Source of the DNA: Eledone cirrhosa
Taxonomy: Eukaryota
DNA length: 64,000 bases
Direction: 5' to 3'
Assembly: GCA_964016885.1 (NCBI GenBank)
Contig: OZ024740.1
Coordinates: 234,856,001 to 234,920,000, forward strand
Part shown: in pieces, positions 25,546-45,719 of the stretch
Position numbering within the stretch: the first letter of the stretch is position 1
Layout of the letters: the number at the start of each line of letters is the position of its first letter
Notes under the pieces: model-generated
Database searches by the model: none
Told to the model about the DNA's origin: nothing
The model's input: only the letters and a program-made list of their open reading frames with translations
Translations under genes and position numbers: made by a program

Positions 25546-26119
25546 GAATGAGAAATTAAAGAAGAAATAAAAAAAATAGAGTAGAGTGAGCAGTGACAGA
25601 AACGAAACAATTTCTTAGAGGAAAAACAGGTCTGTTCAGGTTACCATTTCTTAGAAAACTGTTGGTGTAAGAAGTTCAGTTGGTTGTGTTTTGAAATATT
25701 TACTGAGAAAAAGAGAGAAAATTTTCTACTAATTAAAATTTAAAAAAAAAGGATAGACACTTCTAATGCTAAGTATTAAAAAAAGACAAGTTGGTCATAA
25801 CTAGAGCGCTTTTGATCATAGTTCTGCTCAGAGCTGACCTGGGGCTAAGCAACAACAACAGTATAGTACTCGCCAACTTCCTTCACACAGCCAGAATAGG
25901 ACATTTCCCTAACTACTCTCCTCCAATTTCCTCCACCCCGCCACCCGGTAAAACGTCGGCCTCACTACCATCATCACCCCTTCCCTAGGTATGTCAATTC
26001 TCTATGAATTGGTGTGGGGGGTGGGGGGTGGAAGTAGAAAGTGGGAACGGGGGTGGAAACGATGGGGTGAAACAGTTTTTCGAAAAGTCGGTCAAGTCTA
26101 TCAGCTGTTCCCTTCCGCC

Positions 26120-27770
26120 AACACCACCGCCACCCCCCGGTCATCACTACCAACACCACCACCACCACCACCACCGCCACCACCTCCACCTCCATTTCCA
26201 CTACTGTCATCACCACCAATATTACCGCCCCCCCCCCCCCCCCAGTCATCATTACCACCCCCACCCCCACCCCCACCCCCACCACGATTTCCACTACTGT
26301 CATCACCACCACCACCACCACCACCATTTCCCCTAGTCATCACTACCACCATTCCACTACTCTCATCACCACCCCTACTACAGCCACCACCATTTCCCCC
26401 TAGTCATCACTACCACCACCACCACCACCACCACCATTTCCCCTAGTCATCACTACCACCACCACTACCACTATCACCATTTTCACTACTGTCATCACTA
26501 CCACTACCACCCCCGTTATCACTACCTCCATCACCACCACCACCACTAACTATCAAAGCCACCACCATTTCCACCACTGTCATCACCACCCCTACTACCA
26601 CCCACCCCTTCCACCACCACCACCACCACAATTTCCACTTCTATTAAAACCGCCACCACCTCCAACAACAACAACAACAACGCCATCGCCACCACCACCA
26701 CCACCACCACCACCGCCGCCGCCGCCGCCGCCAACAACAACACTGCCACCGCCGCAACATCCAACAACAACGTCGCCGCCACCACTAACAACACCGCCAC
26801 CGCCGTCTGCAGCAACGTCGCCGCCACCACTAACAACACCGCCACCGCCGTCTGCAGCAACGTCGCCGCCACCACTAACAACACCGCCACCGCCGTCTAC
26901 AGCAACAACAACGCCGCCACCACTAACAACACCGCCACCGCCGTCTACAGCAACAACGCCGCCACCACTAACAACACCGCCGCCACCACTAACAACACCG
27001 CCACCACCGTCTACAGCAACAACAAGGCCGCCACCACTAACAACACCGCCACCGCCGTCTGCAGCAACAACGCCGCCACCGCCAAGAACACTGCCACCAC
27101 AACCACCACCACCACCACCAACAAGGCCGCCACCACCAACAACAAGGCCGCCACCACCAACAACAAGGCCGCCACCACCAACAACAAGGCCGCCACCACC
27201 AACAACAAGGCCGCCACCACCAACAACAAGGCCGCCACCACCACCAACAAGGCCGCCACCACCACCAACAAGGCCGCCACCACCACCAACAAGGCCGCCA
27301 CCACCAACAACAAGGCCGCCACCACCACCAACAACAAGGCCGCCGCCACCACCACCAACAAGGCCGCCACCACCACCAACAAGGCCGCCACCACCAACAA
27401 CAAGGCCGCCACCACCACCAACAACAAGGCCGCCACCACCAACAACAAGGCCGCCACCACCAACAACAAGGCCGCCACCACCACCAACAAGGCCGCCACC
27501 ACCACCAACAACAAGGCCGCCGCCACCACCAACAACAAGGCCGCCACCACCACCAACAAGGCCGCCACCACCAACAACAAGGCCGCCACCACCAACAACA
27601 AGGCCGCCACCACCACCAACAAGGCCGCCACCACCACCAACAACAAGGCCGCCGCCACCACCAACAACAAGGCCGCCACCACCACCAACAAGGCCGCCAC
27701 CACCAACAACAAGGCCGCCACCACCAACAACAAGGCCGCCACCACCACCAACAAGGCCGCCATTGCCGCC
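26120..27770. repeat. (CCA)n/(CAA)n/(GCC)n repeat with 21-bp higher-order unit aacaacaaggccgccaccacc
   Basis: Direct inspection. Confidence 0.95.
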
Positions 27771-28394
27771 GCTACCTCAAAAGAACTCTGCCAGCTTGTT
27801 GCTTGTTTTTAAAGTGACATTAAACTGTCCAACGTACTCAGAGCAGCTCCACACAGGATGTGAACGCTTCACTCTAGCATTACTTGTATCGTTAATTACA
27901 TGCAATGGTAAACGACAGTTTCCTCCAGACAGACAGACAGACAGACGGCCATACAAACAGACATGGAGAATATTCTTGCAGCAGCAGCAACAGTTAGTAG
28001 TAGTAGTAGTAGTAGTAGTAGTGGGGGAGGGGGGTTGCTGTTTTTCTCTCTTCCTCTCCTCTTGGCATCTCACCCATCATCTTTCCCCATCTAGCCCCGT
28101 AATTTTCTCCTTCCTTTCTTTCAATTAATGAATGAACGACTTTTACGACTGAAACAGGATGGAACTAATTGTTTTCGTCTAAATTACATATGTTACTGTT
28201 GAGAATAGAAACGGGGTGGGAATATAATGGCCGAGTGGATATGAAGTCAGACAACCCGTTGATGGATCGATGTTCGTAGCAAAGTTTATTTTATTTTAAG
28301 GAAATTTTAGAACTACAAATCTTTGAGGCAGCTGCCATGATCCAGTGTTTGATATTCTCTGAGTCCGTGAAGCATTTGCAATTGCTATTTTTAA

Positions 28395-28893
28395 CATTTT
28401 ATGGGTGTTCAAAGTCTTTTAACCATCATTTGTGAAGGCACGTGGCTGAGTAGTTAGAGAATAGGATTCGCAATCGTGAGGTTGTGAGCTCGATTCCCGG
28501 ACTGGGCGATGCGTTATGTCCTTGAGAAAGACACTTCATTTCACGTTGCTCCTTCTGCCTAACATGTTATGAGTGTTTTAAGTCTTTTAACCATCATTTG
28601 TGAAGGCACGTAGCTGAGTAGTTAGAGAATAGGATTCGCAATCGTGAGGTTGTGAGTTCGATTCCCGGACCGGACGATGCGTTATGTCCTTGAGAAAGAC
28701 ACTTCATTTCACGTTGCTCCTTCTGCCTAACATTTTATGAGTGTTTAAGTCTTTTAACCATCATTTGTGAAGACACGTGGCTGAGTAGCTAGAGAATTGG
28801 ATTCGCAATCGTGAGGTTGTGAGCTCGATTCCCGGACTGGGCGATGCGTTATGTCCTTGAACAAGACACTTTATTTCATGTTGCTCCTTCTGC
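28395..28893 (+). repeat. Triplicated ~168-bp unit containing a SINE 5' half plus upstream flank
   Basis: gtcttttaaccatcatttgtgaaggcacgtggctgagtagttagag...gttgctccttctgcct x3. Confidence 0.85.
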
Positions 28894-29120
28894 CTGGATT
28901 TGCGATCGGTAGATGGCAAATGGAAAGACCGATGGAAACATTGTTTCCTCTGTCCAGTTTGACGAGCTTCACCCCACTCGTGAAGCAAATGAGGTCTGGG
29001 ATCTTGATGATCGACTGTTAACCATCACTTACTCTATACGTGCATGTAGTATTTGACACAAAATATTAACTTAGTGTACAAAATTAGATTTAGAGCTGCA
29101 CAAGCAGGAATCACTTACAC

Positions 29121-29316
29121 CAGGCATGTCAAACATGCGGCCCTTTACAAGCACATCTGCGGCCTGCACAAAAGTTTTTACTGCGCGAGCGTAATATAAA
29201 ATAAAAAATATTAGTTGTAATGTGCGCAATTAGTTGTCATGTGTGGCCCTCATATAACACATATGTGACCCATGTGGCCCTCGGGGGCGGGGGGGACCCT
29301 CAGTTTGACATGCCTG
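29121..29316. mobile_element. hAT-type MITE
   Basis: TIR caggcatgtcaaac / gtttgacatgcctg; 8-bp TSD acttacac / acttatac. Confidence 0.85.
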
Positions 29317-30160
29317 ACTTATACGTTAAAATATAAACAATCTCTGGTTCCCAGCTTTCCAGTTGTGTCTATGACGACCACATTTAACTATCAACAGTCA
29401 AGTACACATAGGTGTAAGTAAGGTACCACAGTAGGGTATAGTTCATTGAATTGTATTAGTGTCAAAAATATCCACCTGTCGGCAACCAAAAACATCTATG
29501 CATGCATGGTCCCGGAACTCCCGGAGGAGTCGTAGAGGTGCCCGTATTGACATACATTTCTAAGGCATTTCTTTTAAATCTGGTGGAGTCCGTCTCCTAT
29601 CCAGGTATGAGTAGAGCAGATTTCTTCCAGAGAAGGATAAAAAAAATGAGAGAATAGAAGAGAAAAAAAAAAGATACGGAGGAGAATATCCCCCAGTACT
29701 TGACTGGTACATTGGTCATCAACCTCGAATGGATAAAAGGTAAAGGTAACCTCGGTGTGATTTGAACTGAGAGAGGAGAGAGCTGAAACGAATACTACAA
29801 AGCATTTCTGCCCAACGTTCTAACGACTCTGCCAATTCGCTGCCTTAAGGACATCTATAAACATCTGTAAATAGCTTCTACACTTGTCTTATTCACTTTT
29901 ACTGTAATCATGGACGCTTAACTGTCAACAGTTCAGAACACCTAACTGTTAATAGGTAACATAATCCAGTTATAATTCACTGCAGTGTGTCCATGTCCAA
30001 GACACCTTACAGTCTAAAGTCCAGTAGATTTAGCTGTAAATAGGTATCAGTGTGAGAAATGAAATTTCGTTTCATTCTTTTCCATATATATATATATATG
30101 TCCCAAGGCTCTGATACCATCAACACTATAAACACAGAGCTGGCATATCTAAGAACTGAC

Positions 30161-30220
30161 TAACTGCCTAATGAGGACGTAGCCATTCAATGGCTATCAT
30201 CGAAATATATATAGCAGTAA
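30161..30220 (+). ncRNA. Type I hammerhead-like motif with one core substitution
   Basis: ACTGC-CTAATGA-long stem II (gtagccatt/aatggctat)-GAAA-TATA-TA-TA/GCAGT. Confidence 0.6.
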
Positions 30221-30351
30221 ATAAAGGATTATGAGTTCATGCAATTGACTTATGTTTCGTCACTATATATATATATTTAAAGCGATGAAATACCAATGAT
30301 GGTTGGAAGATCACTGATGAAGGACTAACTTTATTCATATATATATATAGA

Positions 30352-30782
30352 GGCATACGTCAAAACGGCCGGTCTGAAAAGTGAAACTAACTTTTGACAG
30401 TTACGTACACTCACTCATCTGAATAGATTTGTGTATATATAGTCCTGTATAAACTTCGAGATGACTATAATGCAGACACACGCAATTGTATGGATTTCTT
30501 AATATATTTATATGTGTGTATATATATGTGTGTGTGTATGTATATATATATATATATGTGTGTTTGTAAATATATATATATGTGTTTGTATATATATATA
30601 TATGTGTGTGTATATGTGTACATATACACACATATATATGTTGTACATGTGTATATACATCTATAAGTTTGTGGATGTGTGTAAAAAAATATCACGTATT
30701 CACAATCAAAATTGAAAATAATGACGTATATAACTGTCAAAAGTTAGTTTCACTTTTGACACCGGCCGTTTTGACGTATGCC
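30352..30782. mobile_element. MITE with ~55-bp TIRs in (TA)n
   Basis: ggcatacgtcaaaacggccgg...aactaacttttgacagtta mirrored by taactgtcaaaagttagtt...ccggccgttttgacgtatgcc. Confidence 0.8.
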
Positions 30783-30941
30783 ATATATATATATATATAT
30801 GACTTTTTTTAGCCGTTGCTCGCACCAACCTGAGGTATATGGTCTTTAAAGCGATGAAATGCCTATGACGGTTGGAAGACCACTGATGAAGGACAAACTT
30901 TTTCATATGTAACCCATTTGCAACGCTGCAGCTCCATTATT

Positions 30942-31066
<125 letters not shown>

Positions 31067-31445
31067 GAAAAGGAATAGACGCTATTATTGAACTGGTACT
31101 GTATTTATCGGCCTCGAAAAGATGAAAGACAAACTTGTCGGGATTTGAACTCAGAATGTAAAAAGATTTTTTTTTTTTACAAATATCTTGAAGTATTCTA
31201 TCCGACGTTCTAATGACTCTGCCACTTGCTAAAGATACTCCTGTCATAAATGAATCCGAGAAACTGTTGTTGTTGTTGTTACTGTCGTCGACGTCATTGT
31301 TGTTGTCATCGTTGTTGTTGTTCTTGTTTTGCACCCAGTGAACTCTATCTTAACAGACCTATGATAAAATGCATTCTAGCTGTAACCATCCCATCTTTAT
31401 TTCAGGAAATGTATTTAATGTGTCATCCTCTTTCGATATATATAC

Positions 31446-31553
<108 letters not shown>

Positions 31554-32303
31554 GTGTGAGGGGGGGGATCTGTTCGGGTCTTGACTCTTTTCCTATTACC
31601 CACTCTACTACCCTAAGTATTGAGTACTCTGGTGCGCAATGCTCCACCTGGTATCTTACCGCACCCTCTTTGTTGTATATAATACCAATGAAGGCTGGAA
31701 GATCACTGATGAAGGACTAATTTTATTCATATGTAACCCATTTGGAACCACGCTGCACTCCATTTTTTCATATATTTATATATTTTCCTCCGCTATGACC
31801 CGTCTGTTTCTTTCTTACTGCTTCCCTTTTCTCTGTATCTCTCACTTTCTTTTTACCCCCTCTGCCAGTCACTCTCTCTGTTAGCCTCTTCCACACACTT
31901 TCACTCACTCACTCTCTGCTACTCCCTCTCCACCACTTCCTCCCGTTTGACCTGTGCGAAATTCTTTCCTCGCTCACATTTCGACCAGATTGGATGGTCT
32001 TTATTCTCTCGTCTACGATTTCACAGAACTTATGTTCATCGATTTCAGGGACTTGACTCCTTCTTCCTCATTTTTCGTTGCATTACCATCTTTGTTTGTT
32101 TACTGTCTCGCTCGTTCCCCCTATTTACGTGTCACAACGACTTTCTTTAGCCGTTGCTGGCACCAATCAGAGGTATATGGTCTTTAAAGCGATGAAATAC
32201 CAATGAAGGCTGGAAGATCACTGATGAAGGACTAATTTTATTTATATATATATATATATATATTAGAAAAGAGAAGTGAGGTTCTATACAAAAGAGTGGA
32301 TAT

Positions 32304-32735
<432 letters not shown>

Positions 32736-32772
32736 GGGTGTTAAAGTTTGCTTGAAGCATTGTGAAATGTGT

Positions 32773-33128
32773 AAAATATGTAGTTTAGAAAGCCACAACA
32801 ATGCAGATGGGAAATCTCGAGGTAGGAAGTGAGTGAGAAATAGGAGAAAAGTGAAAATTGAGAGAAACGAAAATGAAAACAAAACAAAGGTAGAAGGGTT
32901 ACCGTAGTGGAGATTTAATCCCAATATTTCGGGCTTACGCCCATCAACGGGGGAAAGTTCCAAAAGGGGGGGAACAGGCTAAGCCGGAGAAAGTTGTATT
33001 GTCGTTAAAACATAGGAATGCCGTTTTGTTTTCATTTTCGTTTCTCTCAATTTTCACTTTTCTCCTATTTCTCACTCACTTCCTACCTCGAGATTTCCCA
33101 TCTGCATTGTTGTGGCTTTCTAAACTAC

Positions 33129-33135
<7 letters not shown>
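32773..33135. mobile_element. Inverted repeat (~113-bp arms) with a hammerhead-like motif in the spacer (32919-32954, minus)
   Basis: Arms give identical peptides in the ORF track; spacer minus strand TCCC-CCGTTGA-T-GGGC-GTAA-GCCC-GAAA-TA-TT/GGGA. Confidence 0.7.
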
Positions 33136-33193
<58 letters not shown>

Positions 33194-33710
33194 CTCTATA
33201 TCTATCTGTCTTACTCTGGAAGAAATCGTCAGTGTTCCGACCTGGAGAAGGATTGGCTCCGCTAGGTTTAAATGCCTAAGACATGTCGTATGTAACTACG
33301 GCGCGCCTATGACTCTATCAGAAGTTTCAGGGTACATGACATGACATCTTTAGCAAAAGACTACACTTTGTTTCTTGATAAAAGCATTTTTGAAAGCCCT
33401 GGTTGGCTCAGATCAAGTAGACCTAGCTATATCTATTTCCTATTTTCGTTTTTAGGTAGACTAGCCAGATTTTACGAAGATAGGCTGCCAATTCTAGTGG
33501 ATCCAGCAACCCTGGTTAAAGGTTGTTGTTTATGTTTAATCCAAAGTTTTAATCATAAAACGATAAAAATTGTTCCAGCCATGACAATTCCGTCTTTTTG
33601 TATATCAAATAATACATTGTCGAACAAATTCAATACGTCATTTAATAGAAAATTTGGATGCTGTATCAAGCAAGCCAGGAGATATTATTGAAACGCCCGC
33701 GTTAGATAGA

Positions 33711-33788
<78 letters not shown>

Positions 33789-34318
33789 ACAAGCACGTGC
33801 AAAAACTAGTCACAGACCCAGTCCAGGCGTGAAATTTAGGCTACAAAGTTGGCACTAGGCCCAGGCCAGAAGTGAAATGTAATGCCCCCATTTCAAACTA
33901 CAGATCAATGTTCAATCCATATGCTTTATGTATAACGTACATGTAGATACGTGTAGTGCATATTATGCGCTTATACGTAACAACAGAAAAAAAAAGAACT
34001 AGAAATTCAGGATAGTTAACCTCTCCTCCTAAAAGTCGTAGTCACATTCCAACTGGCCTACCAACTCACCTACCCTACTCTGTCATGACCTCAGTGTGTG
34101 TGTAAGTGTATGTGCGTGTGTATGTGCGTGTGGGGGGGGGGGGGGCTAAACGCGCGTGGGGTGTGTGCAAATGTCTCTTTCTATGTTTCAATTACATTCA
34201 CACAGTGACACTCAGCACTAAATTGATATCATAATTGACTACCAAGAGTGCTAGGGTTAGAGAGACAGACAGACACATAAGCTTTCAGTAATAGTTAACC
34301 ATACACTATCACATACAG

Positions 34319-34413
<95 letters not shown>

Positions 34414-34751
34414 AAAGAGAATGGGAGAGACATAGCATAGACAGACACAAACTGAGGAAGAAAGATACAGAGAGAGAGAAAGAGAGAGAGAAAATGGGAA
34501 GGGGGGGGGGGTTATGTTTACATGAGCAATACAGATAACTATATAAGGTGAACATATTTCAGAGTGACCCTGTAAACAGGAGTCCTTTGACCGGCTTGAT
34601 AAAAGATTATATCCTCACGCCCGAATACCGATACCTATGTGTAATCTTCTCTTATCTCCATCTTGAAGGCTTCTATGCAACTAGTGTTTGGCAGAGAAAG
34701 AGGTGCACAGACAGATGACAGACAGATAGACAGACAGACATAGTCAGACAG

Positions 34752-34789
<38 letters not shown>

Positions 34790-35065
34790 ACGTACGTACG
34801 TACGTACGTACGTACGGAAGCCTGAATGTAAACACCAACTTGGGCTGATAAACAACTGTCATATAAATGGGTTTGTATAGCCATGTTTTCCCTAGCCCCT
34901 CTCTCTTTTTCTATATATAGGGAGAGGAAGATAGAGAGAGAGAAAGATTATATACTTACATTATAAATCTATCTATCTATATATATATATATTATATATA
35001 TATTAGAAAGTGAGGTTTTTTTTACAAAATGAAAAAAAAAACGAGGTGAACTACACGAGTGAAAG

Positions 35066-35328
35066 TATAAGGAAAACATGAAACCGAAAATGCAAATGGA
35101 GTCTCTTTTTATAAAAATATATATTCATTTGGTTCCTTTACCGGTTTTGCAGTTCTTCTGCTTTTCAGAAGTAGAATTGCGATGGAGGGTTTGTGGTTTT
35201 TACCACAAACCTTCCATCTCAATTCTACTTTTGAAAAGCAGAAGAACTGCAAAACCGGTAAAGGAACCAAATGAATATATATTTTTATAAAAAGAGACTC
35301 CAGTTGCATTTTCGATTTCATCTTTTTT

Positions 35329-35335
<7 letters not shown>
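35066..35335. mobile_element. ~270-bp palindrome with a degenerate hammerhead in each arm
   Basis: Centre gtggt-tttt-accac; arm motif CTT-CTGAAAA-GCAG-AAGAA-CTGC-AAAA-CCGG-TA/AAG. Confidence 0.7.
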
Positions 35336-35421
<86 letters not shown>

Positions 35422-36310
35422 AAAATTGAACGGGAACAAAACAGAGAGGCAGTACGAACAAAGGTTTATTAGTTTCACGCTCTTGAGAGTGGGATATACA
35501 CACACACATAAGTGAGTGTGTGTGTGTGTTTGTGTAATATCAAAATTCGTAACAGCTATGGTAAAACAAAGTCGACAGTACAGGAACGGAGACTGTTAGA
35601 CGAGTAAAGGGCCATAGACCGGTACATCGATGAAAGCTCTGTGGTCATCAGCTGTCGCAATAAAGGCACCGAGTTTCAGCTCCTGGCTGGCTGGCTGGTA
35701 CTGCTTGTCCATTGGGAGGTTACAATGTTTAGCAAGATATATTGTCTTATACAGCACCTTTTTGAGTAAATCAACGAATTGGTGGAAGCTGCTCTGCTTT
35801 GGTTGCAGCTTTGTGCAGTTGGTTGATCTGAGATCATAGATAACGTTTAGAGATTCTATGGGGTACTTTGTTAAGGTTTCTAATCATTTTGGGAGACATT
35901 CATATTAATAAATAAAGTTGTCATATATCTATCAAACTGTAGTTACATAGTTATATATATAAATTAGGTGTTACCATTCATAGAAATGTTTTATTATAAG
36001 AAAAGAAAATCATTATCTCAACTTTTACCATTATGTAATGATTCAGTAGAAAATACATAAAAGCATGTTTGTTAATTGAAATGTTTAGTAGTATCTTAAC
36101 TAGTGGGCCAATCGTCGTGAAAATCTGTAGTATTTAAGTAAAGATTTTATCTTTTAAAGTGATACTATCATAGTCCTGTTTGGTACTTTTCAGGGTGTTA
36201 AGAATTAATGATCAACAAAAGCCAGGAAGACAATCTCAGAATTTAAACTGAATTGACTACCAAGAGTGTCAGGATTAGACAGATACATTACAGTTAGACC
36301 TACATTGTAC

Positions 36311-36472
36311 CAGACCTGCCAACCTCTAAAATCCCAACGGGGAGAAATGAGGCAAAATGGGGAGATTTTACATAATGAAAGCTATACCCATTTTCACAAG
36401 AGAAGACATCGCTCACCCACCCCAAAGGCTATTGCAAATCTCCCCGTCGGTTGGAGAAAGTTGACAGGTCTG
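36311..36472. mobile_element. MITE (TIR cagacctgccaac / gttgacaggtctg); second copy at ~37008-37195
   Basis: Terminal inverted repeats and shared internal aaggcaaaatggggagattttacataatgaaa; duplicated ttgtac flanks. Confidence 0.75.
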
Positions 36473-38077
36473 TTGTACCCACAGGCATAAATTCATTTAA
36501 GAAAGAAAGAAAGGAAAAATAAAGAAAGGGAAGCCAGGCTGAGAGAGCAGAGAGACATATAGGAGAGAGAAAGTGTGTGTGTTAATATAAGCCAAACATA
36601 ATTATATCAGGTCAAAATATTTCAGAGATAAACAGCTTCACGTCCAGATATCTCTGCACTGAAATATTCTGTGGCCATTAGAACATGATGGGAAAATATG
36701 TGGACAGATATGTTTCGACAAAAAGAAATCAATAAAATAAGTATGAGACTTGAAAAAATAAGTACTGGGGTCGATATGATCAATAGGGTGCTGGAGTATG
36801 GCCGCAGTCTAATGAGTGAAAGAATGAAGGAGCTCAAACAACTAAGAAAAAATAATTACCAGAGTGTCAACATCGGTGTCAGGTTTCCAATAACAAAATT
36901 TCTCAGTTCCTAGTCACTGCGCTTTCAGCAAATAGTTGACAGTATGTAAATGTTTAAAGGCAGCGAATTAGCAGAGTCGTTAGAACGTCTGATAGAATAC
37001 TTTATGCAGACCTGCCAACCTCTAAAAACCAAACAGGGTGTACCATGAAAAAAGAGCCCTAAAACGTTGAGAAATAAGGCAAAATGGGGAGATTTTACAT
37101 AATGAAAACTGTACCCATTTTCACAAGACATCTCTCACCCACCCGCAAAGTAGGTGGAAGATCTCCCCGTAGGACGGGGAGAATTGACAGGCTTGCTTTC
37201 GCAAATCCGGGGGTCGATTCGCGGGGGAACACTGATACACAAACAGTCGCTGTCCAGTAGAGTGCAGTTGATAGCAAGAGAACGGCGTTAAGCTGTGGGC
37301 TTGAGATGCCGTACGGAAACATATGAGACAATGCTGCGCAAGCTGGCGCACAAATCTGTCACACTTCATAGCGTCCCATTTGCTTTGGAGGGATTGGATC
37401 TCTACAGAACGGAGTGGGGATGGACGTCTGCAGAGCGAAGACGGAGCTGGTTCCAGGAAGCGCAGGTCGCCTCACGTTCCTCGATCACAGTAGGTTCTGT
37501 TGTGTTGTAGAGAACTATGTTTATGAGGACACGGCAGATCACCGACGAAAGAAAACTTAGTAGATTCAGACAACAAACATCCTGTTATCCTCTGTGTACA
37601 CTGACTAAAACCAGTAAAAGAATAACAGAATGTTCGTCACATTTCTTTAAAATTTCACAGCGAGGTGTATAAACAGTACTTATAACTACAATCAAAATTA
37701 TCTTGCTTTATGTATGTATACATATAAACATAAAAATATACATGTGTATGTATGTGTGAGAGTGTGTGTATGTCTCCCCCCCCCTCTCTCTCTCTCTTGC
37801 TTCATATATATATATATCCAGATTCATCCTGTCATTACTACCACAGAAGTCCAACGAGCCATTGATTACAGAGTCGGGCTAGATCGATACAGATCGAACC
37901 TTGAGCTGATCAATAGCGAAACGCGCGTCACCAACCAATAATAAACGTAATGAAGGAGTAACCATTCGTCCTTGTTTCATTATATATATATAAAGAAAGC
38001 ATTATATATATATATGTGTGTGTGCGTATGTATATATATGTATATATATATACATATATATACATACATACATATAT

Positions 38078-38540
38078 ATACGATAAATTAACAAATAGAA
38101 TCTATATTTATAAAACCATATTTATTTCATTATACATATTTCAAGGACACCAAGTTAAATTATGGTGCGCTTTCATCAGATAAAATATAATATAGATCAG
38201 TTTCATAAATAAATATTGACATACCCTTAGAGAATGCGACCATTTCTGTTGGAAGCTCCCGGATAGTGGGGTTATTAAATTTATTTAGTCTATTATGCAA
38301 ATTAGTGTCGGATATGTTAAAATCACAGTAGATTTAAAATAAGCCGTTGGAGTATGGAAAAATACCCAACAGAAATGGTTGCATTCTCTAAGGGTATGTC
38401 AATATTTATTTATAAAACTGATATATATTATATTTTATCTGATGAAAGCGCACTATAATTTAACTTGGTGTCCTTGAAATATGTATAATGAAATAAATAT
38501 GGTTTTATAAATATAGTTTCCATTTGTTAATATATCGTAT
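38078..38540. mobile_element. Inverted repeat (~175-bp arms, ~113-nt spacer) with a hammerhead-like core in each arm
   Basis: TTAT-CTGATGA-AAGCGCAC(C/T)A...TGGTGTCCTT-GAAA-TATGTA-TAA at 38435-38488 and its mirror at ~38130-38184. Confidence 0.7.
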
Positions 38541-38652
38541 TTTTTACTCCAATAATTTGTTGAGTGCTTTATATCAGTTATAAAAATATTTGCTTGTTGT
38601 ATCCCAACAATTTAAATCGAACTTCTACACACACACACACACATACATACAT

Positions 38653-38749
<97 letters not shown>

Positions 38750-38899
38750 CATATATACATATATATAATTCAAGTAGCTTCTCAATAATGGAATTTTTAT
38801 ATATAGCATTTAAATCTGTATAATTGATGCTGTGAGCTTAATGTTCATAGAGCTTTTTTCTTGAGAAACATGATCGATATATATATATTCTAAATGTAG

Positions 38900-45470
<6,571 letters not shown>

Positions 45471-45532
45471 CGGGTGTATATAACTACAACTATGAATATC
45501 GGTTGCTGATACATCCGAACACTATTAGATAA

Positions 45533-45715
45533 TTGTTTCTACTTTTGGCACAAGGCCAGCAAATACCCAGTACATTACTGGTACTTTATTTTATCGACCC
45601 CGTAAGGATGAAAGGCAAAGTTAACCTCGGCGGGATTTGAACTCAGAATAGCAAGGGCCGTAACTCCATGCGTCAAGGCATGGCATCCGAACCTCTACCG
45701 ATACTGCCAATCCAC
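45533..45715 (-). mobile_element. tRNA-derived SINE
   Basis: Full family core and reverse B-box gggatttgaactc. Confidence 0.8.
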
Positions 45716-45719
45716 TAGA

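Noticed and set aside
27011-27763. 250-aa hydrophobic ORF, and Pro/His-rich ORFs at 25991-26446
   Set aside because: Trinucleotide-derived repeat with no unique sequence or splice support
37230-37510. GC-richer unique segment with short ORFs
   Set aside because: No recognisable protein motif or clear splice sites
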